Assembly (NCBI GenBank): GCA_034434915.1
Contig: DAOTYE010000004.1
Location: 10,206-74,205, forward strand
DNA from: Dehalococcoidales bacterium
GTDB lineage: Bacteria; Chloroflexota; Dehalococcoidia; Dehalococcoidales; RBG-16-60-22
Direction of reading: 5' to 3'
DNA: 64,000 nucleotides
Shown here: positions 1 through 7,115 of the stretch, piece by piece
Layout: every line of letters begins with the position of its first letter
Position numbering within the stretch: the stretch's first letter is position 1
Made by a program: the position numbers and the translations under genes
Notes under the pieces: model-generated
Databases searched by the model: none
Told to the model about the DNA's origin: nothing
Seen by the model: only the letters and a program-made list of their open reading frames with translations

Positions 1-839
1 ACCCGGCAATGGGCAAGGAGGCGGAGTTCAGAATTGTCCGCGCCGCCAAACCGAAGAAAGTCCTGGTCATCGGCGGGGGACCGGCAGGCATGGAAGCGGC
101 GCGCATCGCCGCAATGAGAGGTCATGCCGTAACCCTGTGGGAAAAAGAGCCCAGACTGGGCGGTCAGCTCACCCAAGCAGCCACACCTCCTTATAAAGAC
201 CGGATTGGCGCCTTCAACCAGTTCCTCCAGACACAGCTCAAGAAGCTGGGCGTCACTATTGAGACAAAGAAAGAGGCGACTCCATCTGCGGTTGCTGAAT
301 TCAAGCCGGACGCCGCCATCGTGGCAACGGGCATCAAGCCCATGGTGCCCCAGATACCGGGCATTGAAAAGGCAAATGTGGTCCACGCCGGGGACGTGCT
401 GGAAGGCAAAGCAAAGGTGGGCAAGAAGGTGATAGTCATCGGCGGGGAGATGGTGGGCTGTGAGACCGCCGAGTTCCTCGCGGACAAAGGGAAGAAGGTA
501 ACCGTTACCCGCCGGGGTCCAGAGATGGCGCTGGGAGTGACGGTGACATTGCGCGGCTTCCTGCTGAGCCGATTGGAGAAAAAAGGCGTCACCCTGCTTC
601 CCGGAGTTAGATACGAGGAGATAACCCCGCATGGGCTGGTGGTTACCACAAAGGAAGGGGAAAAGAAGACGATAGAGGCTGACACCATTGTCCTGGCGGC
701 AGGTTCAACGCCGAACCAGGAGCTTTATAACGCTCTGAAAGACAAAGTGCCGGAAGTTTATCTCATCGGCGACTGCGCCAAGCCGCGGACACTGCGAGAG
801 GCGCTCACCGAAGGACAGCGCACTGGTTTAGCTATCTAA
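1..839 (+). CDS. FAD/NAD(P)-binding oxidoreductase, C-terminal part (gene begins upstream of window); resembles the pyridine-nucleotide-disulfide domain of 2,4-dienoyl-CoA reductase / NADH:flavin oxidoreductase-type enzymes
   Basis: Frame is open to the window edge. Two Rossmann motifs are present, VLVIGGGPAGMEAA and VIVIGGEMVGCETA. Stop at 839. Confidence 0.75.
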   Translation, partial: PAMGKEAEFRIVRAAKPKKVLVIGGGPAGMEAARIAAMRGHAVTLWEKEPRLGGQLTQAATPPYKDRIGAFNQFLQTQLKKLGVTIETKKEATPSAVAEFKPDAAIVATGIKPMVPQIPGIEKANVVHAGDVLEGKAKVGKKVIVIGGEMVGCETAEFLADKGKKVTVTRRGPEMALGVTVTLRGFLLSRLEKKGVTLLPGVRYEEITPHGLVVTTKEGEKKTIEADTIVLAAGSTPNQELYNALKDKVPEVYLIGDCAKPRTLREALTEGQRTGLAI

Positions 840-896
840 ACCGGATAAATTTGATTCGGGAGGCGGATGGCGAATGCCTCCCACCCCTCCTCCACC

Positions 897-1142
897 CTAC
901 CCCTCAACCACATCGCCATCCGCCGTGTCCACACGCACGCCCTGCAGCATCACCCAGTTGACCCCGTCCTCAATGTCCCGGTCTTTCCCTTCCAGCTCAA
1001 GGACAACCCATCCCCGGTCCTGGGTCACGCCAGCCTGGCGGATATTGGTCACCACGTTGAACTTACGCCCCAGGGTATAGATGACAGGCTCTTTCACCAG
1101 TTCAGGCGGAAAGGTGAACATCACTTTTTTAGTACTCATCAT
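897..1142 (-). CDS. NIL-domain small protein (ferredoxin-fold domain, as in the MetN C-terminus)
   Basis: About 81 aa, reading ...FTFPPELVKEPVIYTLGRKFNVVTNIRQAGVTQDRGWVVLELEG. GAGGTG Shine-Dalgarno just upstream. Start is ambiguous (1139, 1142 or 1148). Lies 20 nt downstream of thrC. Confidence 0.6.
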   Translation of the reverse strand: MMSTKKVMFTFPPELVKEPVIYTLGRKFNVVTNIRQAGVTQDRGWVVLELEGKDRDIEDGVNWVMLQGVRVDTADGDVVEG

Positions 1143-1162
1143 TCTCACCTCAATCAGAGTTT

Positions 1163-2386
1163 CTATGCCGGCACGCTGATGATTTCCTCCACGGCTTCAA
1201 TAGCAGGCTTCACCGTAAATGGCTGGACGATGTCCGACAGGATTTCCTGAGTCCGCGGACCAGCGCCGGTGATGAAAGCCACCGTAAGCTCCTGTTTCTT
1301 GATTGCCCCTGAAGCCGCCAGCTTCTTCAACGCACCGATGACCACCCCACCCGCCGCCTCAGCAAAAATACCTTCCGTCTGCGCCAGCAGTTTCACCCCG
1401 GCAATCGCTTCCTCATCGGTAACGGCACAGGCGCCCCCACCCGATTGTCGCGCCACCCTCAGGGCATAAAAGCCGTCCGCCGGGTTGCCCATGGCGATTG
1501 AGCGCACAATGGTGTCCGGCTTGAGCGGGTTCACGTGAAGACTGCCCGCCTGAAACGCGTTGACGATGGGCGCACTGCCCGCCGCCTGGCTCAGGAAACA
1601 ATGGCTATTGAGCGGTCCGATGAGACCGAGCATGGAAAGCTCCTCCAGCCCCTTCCAGATGCGGGTGAAGAGCAGTCCCGATGCCGCCGGCGCCACGATG
1701 CAGTCCGGCGCCCGCCAGCCGAGCTGTTCGGCAACTTCATAGCCGAGCGTCTTGCTGCCCTCGGCATAGTAGGGTCTGAGGTTGATATTGACAAACCCCC
1801 ACTTATACCGCCGCACCACCTGAGCACACAGTCGGTTCACCTCATCGTAGTTCCCTTCAACGGTTACCAGCACCGGGTTATAGATTGCCGCGCCCACCAG
1901 CTTCCCTTTCTCCACGCTGGCAGGCACAAAGACGTAAGCCTTCAGCTTCCCTTTGGCGGCATGAGCGGCGACGCTCGCCGCCAGGTTCCCGGTTGATGCG
2001 CACGACACAGTATCAAAGCCGAACTCCACTGCCTTCGTGACTGCCACTGATACCACGCGGTCCTTGAAGGAGTAGGTAGGGTTCAGGCAATCGTTCTTGA
2101 TATAAAGCTGGTCAAGCCCCAGCTCCTCGCCAAGATTCTTAGCGTGAACCAGGGGCGTGAACCCGGTGCCGAGGTCTATCTCATTTCCTTCCACCGGCAG
2201 CATCTCACGATAGCGCCACATACTGCGCGGTCCGGCGGCAATCTTCTCCTTGCTCACCGCCTTAGCCATGGACTTATAGTCATAGATGACCTCAAGCGGG
2301 CTGAAGCAGAAATCGCACAGGTTCATCGGCTCCAGGGGATACTCCCGCCCACATTTCCTACAGCGTAAAACGGTCGCGTATGACAT
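1163..2386 (-). CDS. thrC: Threonine synthase with N-terminal Cys4 zinc-ribbon
   Basis: 407 aa. CRKCG...CDFC ribbon, PLP-lysine motif YSFKDR, fold-type II PLP enzyme pattern (SCASTGNLAAS). Confidence 0.8.
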   Translation of the reverse strand: MSYATVLRCRKCGREYPLEPMNLCDFCFSPLEVIYDYKSMAKAVSKEKIAAGPRSMWRYREMLPVEGNEIDLGTGFTPLVHAKNLGEELGLDQLYIKNDCLNPTYSFKDRVVSVAVTKAVEFGFDTVSCASTGNLAASVAAHAAKGKLKAYVFVPASVEKGKLVGAAIYNPVLVTVEGNYDEVNRLCAQVVRRYKWGFVNINLRPYYAEGSKTLGYEVAEQLGWRAPDCIVAPAASGLLFTRIWKGLEELSMLGLIGPLNSHCFLSQAAGSAPIVNAFQAGSLHVNPLKPDTIVRSIAMGNPADGFYALRVARQSGGGACAVTDEEAIAGVKLLAQTEGIFAEAAGGVVIGALKKLAASGAIKKQELTVAFITGAGPRTQEILSDIVQPFTVKPAIEAVEEIISVPA

Positions 2387-2397
2387 TTCTCCACCCC

Positions 2398-3540
2398 CTA
2401 ATCAGGCTCCAGCGCCTGGCGCAGGTCTGCCACAAGGTCGTCCTTATGCTCCAGACCGATGGAAAGTCGGATAAGCCCATCAGTAATGCCCACCTTCTCT
2501 CTGATTTCCTGCGGCATTGAGGCATGGCTCATGGTGCCAGGGTGCTCCGCCAGGGAAGCGGCACCGCCCAGTGATTCAGCGAGGGCAAAAATTTTAAGTT
2601 TTCGCAGGCAGCGGTTAGCTTCCTCCAGCCCGCCTCTGACCTCAAAAGATACCATCCCGCCGAAGCCCTTCATCTGCCTTCGGGCAATGTCATGCCCGGG
2701 ATGGGTGGGAAGCCCAGGATAATAGACCCGCTTCACGCCGGGATGCTTGTTCAGGTATTCAGCCACCACGCGGGCATTTTCTTCATGCTGTTTCATCCGC
2801 ACGGAGAGCGTCTCAATGCCGCGCAGGACCAGCCAGCAGTCAAAAGGTCCGGCGGGAGTGCCCATGGCGTTGAGCAGGAACTGCACCTTCTCACCCAGCT
2901 CCGCAGTGGCAGTGACAACGGCTCCGCCCACCACATCGCAGTGCCCGTTGAGATATTTCGTGGTGGAATGGACGACGATGTCTATGCCATAGTCAATCGG
3001 CTTCAGCAGGTAGGGAGTGGCAAAGGTGTTATCAATGACGGTAAGGATGTTGCGTTTCCTGGCGATATCCGCCACCATCTCAATGTCAACGAGATTGAGC
3101 AAAGGGTTTGAGGGAGTCTCAATCCAGAACATTTTCGTATTCGGCTTGATTGCCTTTTCAATGTTCTCACTTTTGTCCATGCGGACATAAGTAAACTCCA
3201 AGCCTTTGTCCTGCATCACGTTCTGGAACAGGCGGTACGTCCCGCCATAGATATCATCACCGGAGACAACATGGTCGCCCGCCTTGAGCAGGTGAATCAC
3301 CGTCGTTTCCGCCGCCATGCCAGTGGCAAAGGCAAAGCCCGCCTTGCCGCCCTCAAGCTGAGCGATGGTCTCCTCAAGGACTTTGCGCGTGGGATTGGCA
3401 GTGCGGGAGTAATCATAGCCCCGTGTCCTGCCGATGTCCTCAAAGGCAAAGGTGGATGTCTGGTAAATGGGTACCGTAACTGCGCCATAGGCTTTATCCG
3501 GGCGCTGTCCGGCATGGATAGCAATAGTCTCAAATTTCAA
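2398..3540 (-). CDS. PLP-dependent transsulfuration enzyme (cystathionine gamma-synthase / beta-lyase / gamma-lyase family)
   Basis: Motifs YSRTANPT and STTKYLNGH (PLP Lys). I moved the start to TTG at 3540, which sits 6 nt after a GAGGAGG SD and gives MKFETIAIHAG. The longer ORF to 3579 has no SD. Confidence 0.8.
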   Translation of the reverse strand: MKFETIAIHAGQRPDKAYGAVTVPIYQTSTFAFEDIGRTRGYDYSRTANPTRKVLEETIAQLEGGKAGFAFATGMAAETTVIHLLKAGDHVVSGDDIYGGTYRLFQNVMQDKGLEFTYVRMDKSENIEKAIKPNTKMFWIETPSNPLLNLVDIEMVADIARKRNILTVIDNTFATPYLLKPIDYGIDIVVHSTTKYLNGHCDVVGGAVVTATAELGEKVQFLLNAMGTPAGPFDCWLVLRGIETLSVRMKQHEENARVVAEYLNKHPGVKRVYYPGLPTHPGHDIARRQMKGFGGMVSFEVRGGLEEANRCLRKLKIFALAESLGGAASLAEHPGTMSHASMPQEIREKVGITDGLIRLSIGLEHKDDLVADLRQALEPD

Positions 3541-3600
3541 TGTACACCTCCTCAAAAAGAAAAAGTAACCGTAACCCAAGGGGGAGATGAAAAGAGGAAA

Positions 3601-4050
3601 TTAGATGGTGTACATCAGGGGGACGAGCGTTTCTCGCTGGCGCTGGCGTTCACGCTCAATAAGGTCCCGCAAGGTCACGGAGTCCAGGACAGCGTCCATT
3701 GCCTTTTTAAGGGAGCTCCACACATCGCGGGTAACACAGGAGGAGGAACGAGCACACAGTTCCGGCTTGTCAATACATTCCACAGGCGCGATAGAGCCTT
3801 CAAGGAGGTTAATAACCTCGCTCAGCTTTATTTCCTCAGGCGCCTTCACGAGGAGGACGCCGCCTTTAGCACCGCGGACGCTTCTGGCGATGCCTGCCGC
3901 AATAAGTGGAGCCATGAGATGCTCCAGATAGCGCACGGAAATCTGCTGCCTCTGCGCAATTTCCTTCAATGCCACAGGTTCACCATTCTGGTGCAGAGCC
4001 AGGTCCAGAAGTGCGCGGGTGGCGTATCTACCTTTGGTTGACAGTTTCAT
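3601..4050 (-). CDS. Rrf2 family transcriptional regulator (IscR/CymR-like)
   Basis: N-terminal MKLSTKGRYATRALLDLA wHTH signature. 149 aa. Three Cys (CIDKPELCARSSSC) could ligate a cluster. Confidence 0.85.
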   Translation of the reverse strand: MKLSTKGRYATRALLDLALHQNGEPVALKEIAQRQQISVRYLEHLMAPLIAAGIARSVRGAKGGVLLVKAPEEIKLSEVINLLEGSIAPVECIDKPELCARSSSCVTRDVWSSLKKAMDAVLDSVTLRDLIERERQRQRETLVPLMYTI

Positions 4051-4065
4051 GGTCGCACTTTTCTA

Positions 4066-4112
4066 ACTAATACTATGACATTAGTATACTTTTCTTCTCC
4101 TTTATTTGTCAA
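4066..4112 (-). promoter_or_regulatory. Candidate sigma70 promoter for the Rrf2 operon, with an overlapping inverted repeat (possible Rrf2 operator)
   Basis: On the minus strand: TTGACA (4107-4112), 18 nt spacer, TATACT (4083-4088). Inverted repeat ACTAAT-N8-ATTAGT at 4066-4085 overlaps the -10. Confidence 0.5.
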
Positions 4113-4125
4113 GAGTGAGTGTTTT

Positions 4126-4210
4126 GCCATCGCGCGGAGCGCCGCGACGACGCAATCTCTGTAAATTTACTGAAATTGCCACGCCCCCTTTCATCGGGAC
4201 CCGCAAAGAA
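4126..4210. repeat. Intergenic hairpin-type repeat, copy A (family also at 39696-39778 and, inverted, 48753-48835)
   Basis: Core ATTGCCACGCCCCCTTTCATCGGGACCCGCAAAG (4175-4208) closely matches 39741-39775. The left halves also align (GCCATCGCGCGGAGC... versus GTCATTGCGAGCAAAGC...). Confidence 0.7.
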
Positions 4211-4255
4211 ACAATCAGCAAAAAACCCGGGAAACTTTCTCTTTTGCCTTTTTGT

Positions 4256-4284
4256 TTGACAAGTGCAACCAGCCATGATATACA
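4256..4284 (+). promoter_or_regulatory. Candidate sigma70 promoter for the aminotransferase gene
   Basis: TTGACA (4256-4261), 17 nt spacer, TATACA (4279-4284). Lies 42 nt upstream of ATG 4326. Confidence 0.5.
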
Positions 4285-4325
4285 ATGTTAAGCATCTTCA
4301 AAACACGATAGAAAGGCTGTGAGCA

Positions 4326-5516
4326 ATGGCTGATAGTACTGTTACCCGTATCAACCCTCCCTACCGCATCCTGCTGGGTCCCGGTCCGAGCAATGTCCAC
4401 CCCCGTGTCCAGATGGCGATGCAGGCACCCATCCTGGGCTACTTCGACCCGTATTTCTTCACCATCATGGAAAGCACCGCAAACCTCCTGCGCACGCTCT
4501 TTCGCACCAAGAATAAAGTAACCTTCCCCCTCTCCGGCACCGGAGGGGCGGGGATGGAAGCGGGGTTCTCTAACTTCCTTGAACCCGGCGATACGGCGGT
4601 AATCGGTGTCAATGGTTTCTTCGGTGAAAGAATGGTGGAGCTGGCTCAGCGCGCCGGCGCCCATGTGGTGCGGGTGGATGCTGAGTGGGGCAAACCGCTG
4701 GCACCTGAGGCAATTGAAGCCGCGCTGAAAGCCCAGAAAAAGGTCAAGCTGGTGGCAGTGGTCCATGCAGAGACATCCACCGGCGTGCTCCAGCCCCTGA
4801 CCGATATCTCCAAACTGGCTAAACGATACGATGCTCTCTTTCTGGTTGATGCGGTAACGTCCCTGGGGGGACATGAGGTCGCCATTGATGATTGGGGCAT
4901 TGACATCTGTTACAGCGCTTCACAGAAGTGCATCAGCTGTCCGCCGGGTCTGGCGCCCATCACCGCCAGTGACAGGGCTATATCCATCCTGCAAGCCCGC
5001 ACCCGCAAGGTGAACACGTGGTATCTGGACCTCTCTCTCCTCGCCAGCTACTGGTCAGCGACCAACCGGCTCTATCATCATACTGCTCCGGCACTCATGA
5101 TTTACGCCTTTCATGAAGCACTGGTACTCATCGCTGAAGAAGGGCTTGAGGCGCGCTATCAGCGCCACCTGCGGCACGGTGCCGCCCTCCAGGCGGGTCT
5201 GGAAGCCATGGGGCTTCAGCTCTTCGCGCAGAAAGGGCACCGCCTCAGCAGTCTCACCTCCGTCCGCGTCCCGCCGGGGATTGACGAGCTGAAAATAAGG
5301 CAGAGACTGCTCAATGAGTTCGGCATAGAGATTGGCGGAGGTCTGGGACAGCTAAAGGGACAGGTGTGGCGCATCGGTCTGATGGGTTACTCCTCAAGTC
5401 AGGAGAACGTGCTCCTTTTCCTCTCCGCGCTGGAGCAACTGCTCACCGATTCAGGTTATAAAATGTCAGCCGGCGCAGGGGTAGCCGCCGCCATTCAATC
5501 GTTGCAGAAGAAGTAG
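4326..5516 (+). CDS. Class-V aminotransferase (alanine/serine--glyoxylate aminotransferase family)
   Basis: 396 aa. Typical AGXT-like layout with SQKC (PLP Lys) and an N-terminal LLGPGPSNV motif. Confidence 0.8.
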   Translation: MADSTVTRINPPYRILLGPGPSNVHPRVQMAMQAPILGYFDPYFFTIMESTANLLRTLFRTKNKVTFPLSGTGGAGMEAGFSNFLEPGDTAVIGVNGFFGERMVELAQRAGAHVVRVDAEWGKPLAPEAIEAALKAQKKVKLVAVVHAETSTGVLQPLTDISKLAKRYDALFLVDAVTSLGGHEVAIDDWGIDICYSASQKCISCPPGLAPITASDRAISILQARTRKVNTWYLDLSLLASYWSATNRLYHHTAPALMIYAFHEALVLIAEEGLEARYQRHLRHGAALQAGLEAMGLQLFAQKGHRLSSLTSVRVPPGIDELKIRQRLLNEFGIEIGGGLGQLKGQVWRIGLMGYSSSQENVLLFLSALEQLLTDSGYKMSAGAGVAAAIQSLQKK

Positions 5517-5852
5517 GCTGAAGTCCAGCCTTCACTCTATCCTCCGCCGCAGGAGACAGCGGCGATAATTTACCTGCCGATTTGGCAGACAGACGTTTGA
5601 CTTTGACTGCGCGTGGAAGCCCTGCAGAGCGTGATATGGCGTACTATGGCGTGGATGTGCGCGAAGATGAACTGATGAAAGACCTGAAGGTGAGCAAACA
5701 GAGCGTCCCGGTGCAAAACATGATAGCCACCGCCGGGCAAAAGATTTAGACCCCAGAACTAGGAAAAGCTGGACAATTTTGCCATGGTATTGCTGGGAAA
5801 ACCGCCCGCCAAGACAGTGCTGGAACACATGGATTAAGCGCGTCTCTAGCGC

Positions 5853-7115
5853 CTACGATTTCTTTTCCGCTGACTGATATGCCCGGTCTAAAAGCTCAAC
5901 CAGCTCCAGGCTTTTCATCCCGAGCTTATGCGATTTGATGCCGTAGGCTAACTGCATAGAGCATCCGGGACAGCAGGTAACGAGCAGGTCAGCGCTGGTG
6001 CGGGAGACGTTTTCCATCTTGCGGTCCAGCACCTTCATGGAGATGTCATAGTGAGTCAGGTTATATGAGCCGGCGGCGCCACAGCAGGTATTGGCTTCCA
6101 CCATCTCCCGGTATTCCACGCCGGGGATGCTCCTGATAATCTGGCGCGGCTGGGCGCTTACCTTCTGGAACCTGCCCAGATGGCAAGGGTCATGGTAAGT
6201 TACCACATGCTTGAGGGTGCCCATCTCAGTCCTCAGCCCGATGCTCACCAGGAACTCACTCATATCCTTAACTTTCCCGGAAAAGGCTTTCGCTTCACCT
6301 GCCAGCTCAGCATCATCTTTGAGAAGCGCGGCATATTTTTTTAGCATTGAGCCGCATGAGGCGCACGTGGCGATGATGGCGTCCACATTCAGGCCGCGCG
6401 CCAGCTCCAGGTTTTTTCTCATCATTGACCGCATTGAGTCCTGGTCGCCGTAGCCGTATGCCGGCAGGCCACAGCAGACGAAATCAGGAATAGACACTTC
6501 AACATTGTGACGGTTGAGCACCCGGAGCGCCGCCTCAGCCACCTGTGGCGTGAAGTTTGCCGCGGCACAGCCGATAAAGTAGGCAACTTTATATCTGGGA
6601 TTCTCCAGCTTCTTAGCGGCGTTCTTGATGTTTTTCTTATAGCGTATCCGCGGCAATATTGGCTCAGCCCTGCCGATATTCCCCATAAGTTTGGTGACGC
6701 CAAGCTTCCTCCCTACCATGGGCAAACCGCTCGCCTGGAGCCAGCTCAGCGCCCGCGCTGATTTATTAAGCAATGATGGCTTCTGCAGGACATCCCGGAA
6801 AAGAAATTTCTGTATCCAGGGCTGTCCTTTCTCTTTCATGAACTCGGCGCGCGCCTGGAGAATAAGCTCGTCAGTCAATACTCCCGGCGGGCAGTGGTCA
6901 ACACACCCGTTGCAGGTCAGGCAGTTAAAGAGAGGCTCAGTGAGCTCAGTTACTTTCAGGTTGTTATCATAGATGCCGCGCAGGAGTGCCAGCCTGCCCC
7001 TGGCGACCGTCCACTCAATGCCGGTGGCTTTATACACCGGGCATCCCGCGAGGCAAAACCCGCATTTATTACAGCGCAGAAGCGCCTCATACATCGCCTG
7101 TTTGCTATCGGTCAT
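5853..7115 (-). CDS. (Fe-S)-binding protein, GlcF-like (glycolate oxidase iron-sulfur subunit family)
   Basis: Two ferredoxin motifs, CNKCGFCLAGCP and CLTCNGCVDHCP, plus CCG-type Cys-rich domains. ATGA start/stop overlap with the upstream FAD protein. Confidence 0.8.
   Translation of the reverse strand: MTDSKQAMYEALLRCNKCGFCLAGCPVYKATGIEWTVARGRLALLRGIYDNNLKVTELTEPLFNCLTCNGCVDHCPPGVLTDELILQARAEFMKEKGQPWIQKFLFRDVLQKPSLLNKSARALSWLQASGLPMVGRKLGVTKLMGNIGRAEPILPRIRYKKNIKNAAKKLENPRYKVAYFIGCAAANFTPQVAEAALRVLNRHNVEVSIPDFVCCGLPAYGYGDQDSMRSMMRKNLELARGLNVDAIIATCASCGSMLKKYAALLKDDAELAGEAKAFSGKVKDMSEFLVSIGLRTEMGTLKHVVTYHDPCHLGRFQKVSAQPRQIIRSIPGVEYREMVEANTCCGAAGSYNLTHYDISMKVLDRKMENVSRTSADLLVTCCPGCSMQLAYGIKSHKLGMKSLELVELLDRAYQSAEKKS

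Noticed and set aside
191-688. Long antisense and alternative-frame ORFs inside well-supported genes. Examples are 191-688, 867-1250, 3271-4041, 4215-4874, 16818-17270, 30820-31575, 38175-39203, 50046-50735 and 59144-59779.
   Set aside because: They lie entirely within genes that have strong family motifs on the other strand or frame. They have Arg/Pro/Ser/Ala-rich composition typical of shadow ORFs in GC-rich DNA, and they lack SD sequences.
5532-5828. A 98-aa minus-strand ORF in the aminotransferase/glcF gap.
   Set aside because: It has no SD, a Cys/Arg/His-rich low-complexity composition and no recognisable motif. It is probably non-coding.
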